In this document: positions 14,059 through 27,798 of the stretch, piece after piece | How the letters are laid out: each line of letters begins with the position of its first letter | Numbering within the stretch: the stretch's first letter is position 1 | Source: Tubulanus polymorphus | Taxonomy: Eukaryota > Animalia > Nemertea | NCBI RefSeq assembly: GCF_964204645.1 | Contig: NC_134031.1 | Span: forward strand, 18,483,910-18,547,909 | Direction: 5' to 3' | Length of the DNA: 64,000 nt | Notes under the pieces: generated by a model | Seen by the model: the letters and a program-made list of their open reading frames with translations, nothing else | Told to the model about the DNA's origin: nothing | The model's database searches: none | Program-made: the position numbers and the translations under genes

Positions 14059-17000
14059 TAAGGTACTCTGATAGCCCTCGGAGCCCTCCCATTGCTCCGA
14101 GGGTCATAAATCTTTTTGAAAATCTAGACCCACATTTACTACGTTCCGTCTTTGGTATTCCAGTCGGAAGAATACGGAGAAGGCGGTCAAAGTTCCGTCG
14201 ATATTCCAATCGATAGTGTCTACTGTCTAGCGCCTGACCCTGGATCCGTCGACCCTGACAGTAGTTATCACAACAAGCCAGATCACGAGGCAACGTCTGA
14301 AAATCAGTTCTGAAGTTTTAAAGCAAAAGATTACGTTTCGACGAAGCGGATTTGATCGTTTTCGATGAGTCGCGTGGAGGAGTAGTTGATATCGTTCTGA
14401 AAATCAGTGGCAACATCGGATCATGACCTTGGAATAGAACGATATCTTCTACAGGTCGCGTAGCCACGTGCCTTTCTAAAGTATCTGGCGCCTATTTTGA
14501 TTGACATGATTTACACGATAGATCAATAGCCGTATCATCTTCCAACACTAAACGTGTAAACAAACCGCGTTTGATTTGCATACCGATTAATGCCGTATAT
14601 GGAATCGAAGACTCCGACAAGTCCCGAACTATCCCGAGACTGACCGTCACAAATCGGACGGCCTGATTCTTGAACTCCTGAGCTCATATCAATACCAGGG
14701 CTAGTTGAAGAAAGGAGTTTGACGTTGAGCATCGCTGGCAGAAATTCACTGTGAGGAAATGAATGTCGAAATCACAATGAAAACAAAGAAATGTTTTAAA
14801 CATTGAAAATTTGAAAATTCATTGAGATCTCCGAACTTTCGATTTTTTTATCATAAACTTCCATTCATTGAAGACGGTTTTTAGCGAAAAACTGAAAATC
14901 GAGAATTTGAATTTTTAATTCTTTCAATATTTCTGTTCACATGGTTTGACTCTCCAGAGAACCAGTCTTTTAATTTCAAACTTTATGGGAAAATTGTGTT
15001 GGTCGTGTCGACAGTTTGTTCTCCAAGTCGGAAGATACATGTGTATTCTTCTGAAGTGTCGTGTACTGGCGCAAAGCGAGTTATTAGTAAGTTGTTTTTT
15101 TTTACGATTGGGGTCCCGCAAGGTTACAGTTCAGCTACCTTCGTCAACTCGACGCGCGACTTCAAAAAGCAATTCGAAATGAAAGGAAAACAGTTCCAAT
15201 TAAAACTGACAAAGAAGAGGATATTTCAGCTGGGATTAAACGGAGCCGTTAGCTCATCTGCTAGCTTGCGAGGTGCTCGTCTCTTTTGATAAAATAAGCC
15301 GTTACTAAAACCAAAGGTGGAAAAGAAAAGTATTCGGAATTAACGCCTGTAGCTGCGCGACTGGTGAAGTAAAAACAGAAGCAGCGGCGGCGGCAGCAGC
15401 ATCAGCAGCTGTGCTACATCAGCAGTGTATCGATCGACGAAGTCGGCCCTCGAGTTCCCCCCATTCTTCCTGAAATATTCAATTATTCATCTTATCTATT
15501 TATTACAGTGACAATATGTGCGATATAAATACATGTACATTAGATATGTTCAATTACCAAAACCTGTATCCAGCCTAGAAGCGGACTTCAACAAGTCACT
15601 CTGCACACAAAACAGAAATACAGAGAAAAGGGGAGGTTTTTATAGCACTAGCCCTTTCCCGATAGAGGTAATGAACCCAATCACCTATTCGGAAATACAT
15701 TCGCCTATTCTCGAAAAAGTGGAGTTTCATAGCACAATCGGTTCCGCGAGAGTGGAGGTGGCTTGACGTAGGGAATGACTAAGCCTTGAAAATGGCACTG
15801 GATACCCAGATCAAATCGCGTAAGGCTTGGAACCTGATCCAAATTCAAATACACCCACAAAAGTGTTGAGAACCGACTCCAGACTCAATATCAAACCTAC
15901 ACACACTGTGGTTTAACTGGAGTCAGGTGAAAGTCGCACATCTGCCGACGCCAACACGTGGAACTGGATCCAGCAAAAGTTGAATAGATTGTAAAATATT
16001 TACATCAAAACTTCTCGAATTTTATCAGCATTATTAAGCTATATCATCATTATATTCTTAGATATCTCAAATATGATATCGTGTGCAAAATATGCGTTGA
16101 CATTTATTTTGATGATTGCGGGAGCAGTTCTAATCTAGAACGCTTAATATATTACGATGTCAATCCACTGTAATAAAAGACGTTATTGGCCTTGTCGAGA
16201 TATTCGCATTCCCAACTCTGTCGCATTCTATCTTAACGAACAGCTTCAGCCGATGAAGTCGATTTGGAAATTAAAGCGAACGACGAGTTCCTGTCTGAAC
16301 GATATACTTTTCTGACAAGTTGAATTAGTTCAGATCAAATATTCCTCGCGGAACAAGACAGTGTATGAAATTGCTCTCGATGCGAGGCCATCCGTTGCCA
16401 TAGCCTACATTTTAGAGGTATATGAGGTATATGTATAATCAGAATTTGCTGAAAACGATGAACGCTTCTTGGGAAAGCTTAAATAAATACTAAGAGTTGT
16501 TTGATTCCACTTGAATTGTTCATTTTGAAAGAAAGATTCTATTTCCATCGCAAAATGAATTATACCCGTTGTTTAAGATATATACTCGGCGTAGACTATG
16601 AGGCGATGAAAGGCAGTGTTCTCCTAGTCGTGAAGAACGCATACAATGCGGACTGGTTTGTGCATATTTACTGTATCAATCGTAAGGGTTGATTTTAGGC
16701 TCGATTCTCGACTCCGAATATTCAGAATTTCCGTTACAGCGCTTACGCACATTCTTACGCGACCTCGATTTCTCTGGGAAACGAGAATCGCTGTGACATT
16801 TAGTTTTTGTCTTTCTCAAATCGGTCATCGTTTCGTTGTTTGAAATTCCCCGTTTTAGATTTCCGTATTTGATACGAACGAAACAATGATTCGCTGCTAC
16901 GATTTCCTATCCGACCCGCCGCCTGGGTGTCTCCGGTTTCCGACTAGTAAAACACCATTCCCATTTCAAAAGCGCTATTATTTTCAACGCCGTTCTTACT

Positions 17001-17624
17001 GTACGCGACGACAAAAGGAGGTATGACTTACGGATTTGGAAATTATCCGAAAGCAATAAAAATGTAAATGTCAACTGTGTTTGTAACAGTCGGTATAGAG
17101 AGATACGACGTGCAATACTGTGGCGTGTTTTGTATATGTTGTTTTGAATAACGTGACGTTCGTTGGTGTCAAAAATAAATGCAAAATGAAGTCCCACTCT
17201 TACTTCTAAGATACGTCGTATGGTTTACATCATCTCGAGTAACGCAGTTTTACACCCTGAAATACTCATCACCGACTGAATTCTGACAGAGAATAATGAT
17301 ATATAACATTTTTTGAATAAAAAACATTTTTATCTAGACAGCACGCAGGCCCGGGGACGATATTATGATGTATTCGAAGGAAAATAGAAATGTTTAGAAT
17401 TCTCTTGCGATTTTATTCAAAACCCGTTGAGATTAAAACTGAAAAACTGAGTTTCGTTAAAAAAAGATGATTGAAATACTTCTTGATTTGAATGGACGGT
17501 TTGTCGATTAAATATTTCATACTCAGTCTGATCTTAACTATGTTAATTCAGTCTGACCTTATAAGACAAAAAATCAGTTAGATTTTCCCTGAGTCTCGAC
17601 CAAGGTACACTATAGGTAGTAATT

Positions 17625-17785
17625 ATGTCCAAAAGTGGTCTTAAGTTGATAGATTGAATAAAAAACCAAAATGGGCTTAGACTCAAGTTGTTACATTTGT
17701 TATAAAACCAAAATGAGCTAAGACTGGTCTTATGTTGTAAGATTGGTTATAGAACCAAATGAGCTTAGACTAGTCTCTAGACTGA
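17625..17785 (-). repeat. ~50-bp tandem repeat (ttaagaccagtctaa...tagccaatctaacaac), MITE-internal family
   Basis: Reverse complement of the 52670-52850 array. The same motif occurs inside the MITEs at 13924 and 36760. Confidence 0.8.
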
Positions 17786-20700
17786 ATGTCGTCACGGACT
17801 AGCACTCACTTGCCGGTGTCGGGTGAAGTCTAAACAACTAGTATCAGCCGCTACAGGAAATGAACAGTTGTCTGTGGGGTTATCGAATTTGCAACTCAAC
17901 CTTAATGACGACGGTTCATCTTCGAAATGCGACACTAGCTCGGACCACTCGACAATCAACGACTCAGTCAACATGACGACTGCAGCAACTCGCTTATCTC
18001 CCGTAACTGGGGACAACAACACGACACAACACAACAGATAGTGTCTTTATCCTCATGAGGAAAGATGGATGGGTTTGTGGCGTCGGTGGCCTCGCACTTC
18101 CATCATATCGAAGAAAAAAGAAAATGAAAAAACTTCCGTAAGTTTTTGGGTTTTTTTTTAATGTATGCCTTCACAGAACTCTCAACGACAGGAGTCTCAC
18201 AGAACACGCTGGTGTACCCTTCTATTTTCATGAGTTACTTTGAATAAAAGATTTGTTAGGATAAAACGAATAACTTCGATTAGCGAAGACTTGTTAGATC
18301 TAATGTCTTCGTAGTTTTAGGTTTGAGGTGAACAATCAGAACAAACTCCTCTAAGACGGAGATTCAACCTCTCTGGCAATCGAGTATCCGCTAGGTGCGC
18401 TATTGTGTGGTCTTCCTCTAGATTTGAACACTTTTGGCAATCTTCATATTCTGAAGAATCGAATGACCCAGTTTGCTGAATTTATTGAAAAAAAACAGGC
18501 TTATCATCCCCCCAATAGTTTATATTGTGAATAATGTATTCATGTATTGTCAATAACTTTGTTGATTTCAAGAAAAATTTACATTTTCTGTTGTTTTGTG
18601 CCTTAAGGCATATTTCATAATCTCCATACATTGCTGGGGAGTGAATAAAATCCACTAATTCGATCGACAACACCCACATGGCTACTGTCACTTCTATATA
18701 CAATCATCCATAGAACTAAACTGAATTAGACGATAATGAATAGATTTATTTGAATTTAAGAAGGACCCGGAATCGTTCATGGCCTCATGTACACTTTCGC
18801 TTCTTGGTGAATCCTCACTTGCCACAGTCAGTTGCTGAAGCCTCATTGCTGAAACATTATCCACACAGCGATATTCTGCCACGTGACGGCCGCGGGATTT
18901 CATTTTCGAAGGAATTTCTTTCATCATTTAACAGAGATTTTCTGATGATTTTCCGATGATGGAGAAATGGCGCATTATCGGCGAGACGCAGACGAGACCT
19001 GCTCCGAATACACAGCGCAGATAGAGAGAGAGAGAGAGAAAAAGCTAGTGTCACTGCGCTAGATACAACTGGGGAATTTAATCTAACAAAGACCCCTGAA
19101 GCAGAATTTTAATTTAGTCTCACCAGACGAACGTCTTGTTAAAGAATCGCCACAGAGCAAGAATTACAAAATGTGCCATTTTTCATGTAGATTCTGTTGA
19201 TGGCAAATTGAATCTTCGAACGACGGATAGAGACGGAGCTAGAGACATCAGAATCGTTTTAATAATGTCGCTTCATTTTTGCAATCCAGTCAGGGATTAA
19301 TTTTGTCCATACAGCGACTTCACAGCCCGTGGTGAAACGATCTTTATTTTCTGGCCTGTAGTTGACGGTGTTTTTGAATGAAAAACTATTCATAATTTAC
19401 TTGTCAGACTCTGTAGTCAGAGTCTGATTCTACCGTAGTCAGACTCAAAGTGTTGGGTTGCAAATAATAAAATCGGCTCTAGGTAGACAGCAATTGCTTG
19501 ACGTACACCGTAGTTTTAGATTCAAGACAAGTCTAAAATGTATTCCAAAATGTGGCCCAATAGCCGAAAGCTATAATAACTAAAGACCAGTCGCAAGACA
19601 TTTCTTAAGACAGCTTTTGGACCTCGCGACGATGCCACTGGGCCGAAGTTTTCCAAGTCCTGGAAGTGGTTGTATCCACATTGCTCTACGATCCTAGTTT
19701 ACCCCCACCAGCCAGGCATGATGATTCGAATCTAGAATTGTTGATAAGGTCGTGATCATCCCTGCGGCAGGAAAAACAAAAAAAAATAGTCCTTCAAATT
19801 TCACCGAGGACTGCATTTTAACCTTTACATCTTTGAGTCGTGTGTGAGACTTTGATGTACACTGACTGACATTCTTGGTGAATAGTGCACCTCATTCTGA
19901 AACACATGTCTCATCTCTTTCACGTTGACCTTTCATAGAGACGTTTACGTTTAACACGTTATCACGATTTCCCGGCGATTGATTCGCAGATTATTCGGCC
20001 ACGTCTGATTCGCAGTGTCGGATCTATTCACTCGGCAATTTTTAAAAACTACAGCGCACAATCTAAACATCAAAGCAAATCGAAACGTCGATGCGGCCAT
20101 GTTAAAAGGTTCGAGAAGATCTGATGGTTTTTTCAAGATCTTCAAAGAGTCTCCCGGTATTCCGTCTTCAAGACAGACGTCGTGTATTAAACAGAATTTT
20201 ATGCGGAAAAAAGCGCCTTAATGCTCTAACGATGATATGAAAGATTATAAGATTTAGTTTGAAGAAGATTCATCATCATATATTTTCCGTGTTTAGATTT
20301 CTAGTACATGCGATATCTCGGGAGGTAGGTTTTTGCACGTCCTGCGAAATCTGTAATTGGTGACGATCACAGATTTAATAGATCAACGCAGAATTCGAGC
20401 GCCCGTCTTCCCGTATCTAATTGGTTTAGTTGTGTAAGTTGTTGTACGCGCAGTTTTTTTAAGATATCGACGATTAATGCCGTCATTTTTGTCAATGACG
20501 AAGGTCAAGGTCACTGATCGAATCTAACACATAAATCGATCCTCGCATAGGCCTATGGTATCGGCGCCAGACACGGATATTTCTCTATAAAGATTCGAAT
20601 AGACGACAGTATCGTATTCCTATTTATTCCGATAGTGATTCTTATTATGAATACCATCGGGTTTATATTTGCGTTCAGGTCCCGTTTTGCGATGGCTATT

Positions 20701-20932
20701 GCTGCCACTTACTCACTGAACCGTAGTGATAAGTCTACTGTTACCGGTACCTAACACGCATCCTTCTGTGTATATTACCTAATTATCATTTCACTAATTA
20801 GACCAGTAAATCTGTGGTCATTACGTCCTTTGTTCAGCGGATGATATCCGGTAATGATTACTCAAAGGTGCAATCATTTCATAAACAGCGATTTCCTGAA
20901 ACGTGAATCAAACTTAATTTTAAATTTGAATT

Positions 20933-21095
20933 CACAGTTCCACAGAAACCTTGACTCTGGACCCAGTTCCACGCCTTTCCTCTGGACTCAGTCCCACAGT
21001 GTACATTGATTCTGGGCCCAGTTCCACAGTTACCGTGACTCTGGACCCATAGTTCCATAGTTTAGAGTCGACTCTGGAGCCAGTTCCACAGTTTA
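20933..21095 (+). repeat. Shortened variant of the 39-bp minisatellite, about 5 units
   Basis: ctctggacccagttccacag recurs at ~25-33 bp spacing. Confidence 0.85.
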
Positions 21096-21150
21096 TTTTG
21101 GATTACGTAGTAACTGACAAATATTCCTTATCACTGTTAATAGGGACCAG

Positions 21151-21281
21151 GGTCCAGTTTCACAAAAAAAGTTAAACTCAAATCTTTGGTGTAATTGCTT
21201 TTGGTTACTTCATGTTTTTCAATGAGGACAACAATTCAAACTTAACCGTTTTAGGCTTAATTTTTTTCATGAAACTGGGCC
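21151..21281. mobile_element. Harbinger-like MITE
   Basis: 25-bp TIRs GGTCCAGTTTCACAAAAAAAGTTAA / TTAATTTTTTTCATGAAACTGGGCC, with a left CAG flank. Confidence 0.75.
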
Positions 21282-22727
21282 GTGTTCTGTAGTCGAGTCA
21301 AGTCCCAAAAATGGTCTCAAAGCCTAAGATTGGTCACTACGGCTCCAGGATTTTGTCCAAAGAATAACTTCGATAACCGATCCATTATCAACCCCAGGTA
21401 TAAACAGACAGACGCACTTTCCGTAAACTAAAAGCTATACCATAAATACTTGGTTTTTAACTCCCACGTCATTTGAAAGTTGTTTTTCGTCTCTAACAAA
21501 TACGGACTATAAAGTCAAAGCCATTTGCGCAGAGATAAAAAACGGACAGAAAAAGATGTATTTGTTTCGTGTCTTTACGCGCGGGCAGGAAGCTTAAAGG
21601 AGCACCGACATTTATCAATGTCAACACGGTGTCAAAGAGTTGTCGACTGTTTGTGGGAAAAAAAATCACCGACAAACAAGATAACAGCCGTGTAGAGCGC
21701 GCTAATAACCATCACCTATACCACAACTCAGTAAATACTACCTCCCTCGGTTACAAAGTTACAAAAACCTCTCCTATTTAGTTGCCGTGTAATGATAGGC
21801 TTTGTATTGTGGCTTCGTTATCAATCATCCGATGTCAAGCCATACAGTGATTGAGCGGTCTGTGATGAAATGTGTTGAAACTTTTGGGTTTTTAGACCTT
21901 CCGCATCAGCGCTGAATTAGACAGCGCGAAACGCGTCCATTTCAGCCGTCATCGAGGTACAAACACACGGTTATAATTACCCTGTGGTTTGAATTGTGAT
22001 TGAAATCGAACGAGCTGCGAGCAAAAACAGCCTCGATAAATGATGTCGTCGATGACTTCGCCAAATTGAATACGAACATGCGAATATTTATTACACTCCA
22101 ACCATTTCCATAGTGTATAGAGGTAAACAGTACTTACAATTATTTACAAAAACTACAGGAAATAAAAGTATTTTAAAATACAACAAACGTTATTTACAGC
22201 ATACTATTTACATACTACCTGAGGGATTTATATACATCTAGACCTAAGTTGATAAATCTAGCCAGTTTAAAACTTGGATTTTTATCAATTTATTCATTTT
22301 ATCTAACGATTTATTTATTTATTTATTTTACCATCACTGAAACCCATAACAGTTATTAGAGGGACAACACAAAATTTACAGATGTATAACACGGTTTAAA
22401 AAATTACAAATTCAACAACACAATATACTTGTTTAAATGAACAAACAGAAAATGACATAGTAACTTATTAGAACTATCCGCGCATAGAGATATACTTTCA
22501 AATATAAAACTTTAGAAAAATACAAATGAGAGCAGTCATTCAGTAGACAAATTCAATTTTTTAATAAGTGAGATGACATGTATAGTAGCGACACCTAGTG
22601 TATTGTCTGATTGATGGGATACTACCGTACTGTGACAATACAACAAAATCCGAAATGTTTCTATCAGCTCAAGTAGTTATTCAACCTTTTAACTAAATGT
22701 TTAAAGTCATCTGCAGGGATACCTTTA

Positions 22728-22836
22728 GAGCCGGGTTTGTAGACTGGTTTTAGCTCTAACCCGCGGGCTTATTTGATTGCGATTGAATTGACTAAGCCCT
22801 CGGGTTCCAGTAAAAACCAGTCTACAAAACCTGCCC
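22728..22836. mobile_element. Hairpin MITE (Harbinger-like)
   Basis: Outer arms TTTGTAGACTGGTTTT / AAAACCAGTCTACAAA and inner arms AACCCGCGGGCTTA / TAAGCCCTCGGGTT, with a right CTG flank. Confidence 0.75.
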
Positions 22837-25486
22837 CTGGAGATGGCTATCGGGATAAAGTCGAAACGAAAGATTGTTCGAATATAAACGCTATCCTGTT
22901 TATTTTATGAGATGAATCTCCTATAACTGTGGGCTAGGTTTGAGCATTAATTGTCTATTTTCCAATTTTCGGTTATTCGAAACAAAAGACAATTTCAGCT
23001 GAATGAGTATAAACAGTGTTTGTAATTCGTACGAAGACCTCCCGCCTGCGGTCCCAGTATTCACACAAATAGCGGAATGATAATAACTGCTTGAGGACAC
23101 TGTGTTTTCACTGTATTTCTAGCCCTGCTCTACATATTGTATGTATCCCATTGTTACTCTTGCTCATAGCACGGCACGTATTTACCTCCCAGGGCAAATA
23201 TATATTCCTTCAAAGCTACATTCTTATCCTATCCCTGGATGTTAACGGTTTCTACCGTAGTTAAACATACCGGATGTTGCGCATGAGAGGAGCCAGTTAC
23301 ATCTCAGTTCGTATTTAAGTCGAACGAATCGGAAGTACTGTCACATCGTAATCCGCCAAAGAATATCGAAGAAAGCCGAGAGATTTTCCGATAATCACCG
23401 AATACGTCGGGCACGCCATTCTCCGGACAAACTTTCCGAATAGAGCTTAAAGCGTTGTCAAACGGAAGGACAAACATCTATATTCATAAATAATTAATAA
23501 TTATATGCCCCGCAAATCGAAAAGACGATTATATTTGAGGTTACTATCGTGTCTAAGCACCGCATCAACTATGATGTCATAAGAGGAATGGCAGTAGCCA
23601 TCTTGTCTAAGCACCATTCATGATGTCATAAGGGGCGGCAGGCGCTATGTCTGGATGATTGGTACTGGAGGATTGTAGATGCCTGAACATATTGTGTATA
23701 CGTATGACGAGCCTTCACCGATTGGTAAACAAACTATGACGTGACGTGTTAGAGACCTCTATAGGCGCATCGCAAAACGAAATGAGGAATTAGGAAGAAA
23801 AGCCGAAAGAACAGAATGAACCGAGAGTTTGAACATGGACTGACTATAAAACTACTCGTTGTGTTTCATTGATGTATGATCTCGCGGTGTTCGGTGTAGT
23901 GCGCGTGTTCTGAGTGCAGTTGACGGATAAAATGATTGAGTACGTATAAGACCCATTGACCAAACGGAAACTCTGGTCGCCATTCTACATCGTTCTGTCC
24001 AGATTAACAAGTCAGATAAAACAATCCCAAAAAATATCGACAAGAAAATAGTTACTTTCGAAAAGACATCAGTAGTGTACGAATAGGTCAATCTCTACTC
24101 AAGCAGGACCCGTACAGGTTTAACTCTGAAACCGATTTAGGGGTTAAACCTTTTTGTAAAATGGGGACCTGTACCATATTTTACGCTTTGAGTCTACAAC
24201 AATTAACTCATTATCGATGTTAGTAATCGTGGACCTCGCTTCACTGTTCTATATGAGTTAACACAACTGTAGGATTGGATCCAGGGACGCGTTCATGATT
24301 TCCATCTAAAGGAACTAGCGGTTCGAGCTAAACTTCTACATATCTTAAAATAAAACGTCTGCAGATTTACGACCGATGTGTGTACATTTGCTACTGGACT
24401 CCCCGAGTGAAAAATCGACTCGATTATTTTCAATTAAGCAACACCATGCTAAAGATATTTAGATGTGGAACCAGGGGACGTTGAGTCCTGAGGATTTGGA
24501 CGATCTTATAGATTGATAGCGTACAAAACCCACGCCACGTTCTGACCAAGAAAAATGCGGGTTTACAACGATTTTTAACATTCGAAAAAATTGTCTTCTC
24601 AAATTTGATTCATATATCTCGGGAAAATGTTGGCGTCAAATAAACACTGACGTTTAAAAAGCCGATTATTCATTCTGCAATTTTCCAGACTAAAAATGAA
24701 TTTCCACTTGAATATCTTTCTGGGAGGCGAAAGAAACAGACATACAGGGGGTGATTCCGTGAAATTCGCCGACTTAAAAGGAGTTTTCGCCCGGAGTTTT
24801 GGTCGGTACCGATGGCAGTGCAGTTTATGAGGAGGATAGCTCCCTCGAGATTTCTGAAGAAAATCGGTTCAATGCACGATAACTTTCTGCGAAAAATAGA
24901 TTTACAACATCCACAAGGAGAGATACTCGATAAACTTCGTCTATCATCTCTCGGTGTCTTCTAGCAGTTGGATAATTTTTCTTTTCCTTTACCAGAATAT
25001 CGTCATCGATTCTATAGTGGGAATTGTTTGTCTCAAAACTCGCGAGGACTAAAGATTGAGTGACACCTATCTCTCTCCCTCTCAGGATAACAGCAGGATA
25101 ATAGCGACGTGCAGAGTGGAAAATATCCGATATCACCGCCCGATAATCGTCGACGAAAAATACTTCTCAGAAAACAAAGAACGAGACGAGAAGAGAAATG
25201 AATATCCGTGATTGAATTGAGCTTATTGAAGACGTGAACTAATCGAACTAGCTGTAGATTTTACTTGAAAGGAAAGTTAGATGTTAGATTGCGAAATTGT
25301 CAGAGGAGGAAAAAACCTCGATTTATTTCTATTGCTGCTGCTGCTTCTGCTGCTGCTGCGGCTGGGAAGATCTTTTAGTTTCTAAGATAACAATTAATGA
25401 AACGCTATTCGCGTAATAACGTTAATTTAGTATCCCATCATACTGAAAATAAAAAGTCTGAAATATTTCTTTAGGTTAGCGGTTTA

Positions 25487-25528
25487 TTCAACGTTTCGAC
25501 TATATCCCAATAACGATCTTCAGGAATG
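25487..25528 (-). ncRNA. Degenerate Penelope-type minimal hammerhead ribozyme
   Basis: ATTC-CTGAAGA-T-cgtTAT-TGGGAT-ATAGTC-GAAA-CGTT-GAAT: stem I intact, stem II partly mutated. Same family at 49915-49940 (-) and 50018-50055 (+). Confidence 0.5.
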
Positions 25529-26111
25529 TTCAAGCGTTGTGGCAAAAGATATATACTCGTTCTAGAATATAGACTAATCAGGCAATCATATGTGATACAA
25601 ACTCTATAGGAGGTCGTGTTCATGATGTTTAAGTGCATGTTCAAGTTTCTAAGAAAGTCGACTTCGATTTTTGCGACCACCGCCTGCTAGGCTTCTTTAG
25701 TGTTTCGATGATCGAGATGAAACTACATGTAGTGAAAAGAAACGACATAAGTGTATATGTATAACTCTCTCACTTGAAATGTCGTCTGACAGATAGAGAC
25801 GTTACATTTAGAATCAATAAGGCAAATCGCAGAGGATGATTAAAGGAAGACGAAGACGAATTTTATTTTGTAGTTTCGAGATAAAAATCGCGTCCTCAAT
25901 CAATCAAACATCGGCGAAATTAGTTACAAAAGTTAATTACCGGATTAAGAAACTGGCGCGTGTGTAGATACGCCATCAAACCTGCGAATAATCTTGACGG
26001 ATCTTTGGCTCGTCTTTGAGGGTTATTCGTTTTTTTTTTTACAAACAAGAACCCAGTTCTACCACTGTGTCATCGGTTAGACTCTACTCAAGACACTCGG
26101 AACCGGGCCCC

Positions 26112-26224
26112 GGTGCCGGTGACATAGACATAGCTAAGCTAAGTCTAAAGACCAAACTAATCTCGTTTCGATTCTATTGCCAATTTGATAACTTAACGCC
26201 AGTCTCGTCTATATAACCGGCACC
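26112..26224. mobile_element. Harbinger-like MITE
   Basis: TIRs GGTGCCGGTGACATAGAC / GTCTATATAACCGGCACC (16/18 match). Abuts another small element ending gaaccgggcc. Confidence 0.75.
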
Positions 26225-26401
26225 AACGTTTCTAATCTAACCCTTGTGTAAAATTGCTTCTGATGAATTTTTCTTTACCTCTCGCATGCGTCAGATGAAC
26301 TTATGCAAATATCACGGGTTTTATATTCCAACTTGTGGCGCTATGATTGGTTGGATGACAAGAGGCTGTCTGTACAGTATGTCCTTCTTTCGTGGTAAAT
26401 A

Positions 26402-26454
26402 ATGATATGATATGATATGATATGATATGATATGATATGATATGATATGATATG
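26402..26454 (+). repeat. (ATATG)n pentamer microsatellite
   Basis: Directly visible, about 10 units. Confidence 0.97.
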
Positions 26455-27798
26455 GTTCATTCTTTAATGACGCCATTTAAATTTTACGATAAAACATTGA
26501 AGCGATACGTCTCAACAAAGGGGTAAAATATGAGACAAAACAGACAAACAAAACACAAAGAGAGTGAGAAAAGATGACATTTTAGGTGGAAAAAGAGGGG
26601 TTGACAGGACAAGTTCAAAGATGATGGCAACACAGTGAATATATTAGTGAATTCATTTATATGCCAGACACCCTAATATTGGCAATGGAACGAACATTCG
26701 TGTCCTAAAAGTATAATCTGTGTTGTCTGTCTGGCATTTCACCTAGCTGTGAGTTTTAATATGTTATGTACACAATCGCAGCGGATTTTGTGTCCAACTG
26801 ATCTGCGGATTTCCTGGACCGAACGACCGAATTCTGTAATATGAATCGACTAATTCATGATTACGACCGACTGGAAGACGTTTAACTGTATTCAGTCGGA
26901 TTCATAGAATATTTACCGATGTTCTCAACGTATGATGGAAACTGGATATAAAATCCCACAATATGAGAGAGAAATAAAGTCTGGAATGTTTCCTTCAGCT
27001 AACTACTTTATTCGACGTTCCACAAGATGACTACGTGTCATCTATCCGGACATGTGTCACTAACTCATCAACAAATTAAAAAATCGGCACAGCCGAGCCC
27101 TCTTATCATGTACCAAATATTACTTTTCAAGTTTCCCTCCCATTTTATATTGCTACCTGCGCACTTAATGTCAGGAAAAATGAGCCCCTTCCAAGATTTG
27201 GGTGAAATACCGAGTCGTCATTTCACTCTGAATACGGTATACCTAAAGCGCTGACGTCACATGTTCTTTACATGGAGAGAGAGCATTCGAAATATCAAAG
27301 TGCTTTCCACGACAGATATGTATCCCGATTTCCGAATTTCCATACCTATGATTTATTAGGCTTCGGTCGCAGGATGGCTCATCGAGCCGGGCTAGTGGCC
27401 AGTGGTCAGTGGACCAGCTGCGGAAGGATGTACGCCTAGAACGGGTGTAGGAGCCATCCCGTCTATGTTAATAACGGAAAAACGTACGATGACGTCACCG
27501 GTGTCAGTATTCCCGTTGTAGGATATCACTATAATACGCGCCAGAGCAAAAAACTGTCGATTTCTACCGAAGATCAAGAGATGAACGCGCAGCGGTACAG
27601 ATACTGTGTAACGGCGATTTACTGATGCAGGAAATACTGTGTAACAGCGAATTACTGCTGATCCATAGATCAACGTTCTACATTTATCGTTAATCGATAA
27701 ACTGACCGACCAGATGTCCGATTCACTCGGTTAATGTCATCTTAACGATTGAGGCGGAGAGAAAAAAACTGATTGATATCGGGTGGATGATTTGTAAT

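Larger units (their letters stand above)
12770..19050 (-). pseudogene. Decayed TLR remnant(s)
   Basis: LRR-like MKEIPS and DSGSFLN (ORF 18694-18927), TKTLDLT (~18300) and FLLLSDN (ORF 16907-17197). LRRCT-like text at ~13400-13630. TIR-like EDNIRL...CDFEV at 12775-12950. Confidence 0.4.
19950..26000 (-). pseudogene. Decayed TLR pseudogene with recognisable TIR box 2
   Basis: VCLEDGIPG/(frameshift)RLFEDLEKTIRSSRT at ~20108-20180 and TWPNN at ~19990-20005 follow the TIR pattern LC..RD..PG..I.ENI...I..SR and the later WP motif. Upstream LRR fragments include KIEVDFLRNLN (ORF 25471-25680) and SFETNNSHYRIDDD (ORF 24825-25136). Confidence 0.6.

Noticed and set aside
14130-14750. Cadherin-like fragments on the minus strand
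   Set aside because: Needs several frameshifts and lacks clear DxNDN/LDRE motifs.
17792-18145. S/T/N-rich plus-strand ORF ending near a gtaag donor
   Set aside because: In-frame stop, no convincing acceptor, and no recognisable domain.
27392-27700. GPCR TM3-TM4 pseudogene (also considered for 45285-45600)
   Set aside because: Cys-to-Arg spacing is imperfect. Position and the YLYR/ISY motifs fit a TLR TM-TIR junction better, though this is not fully excluded.
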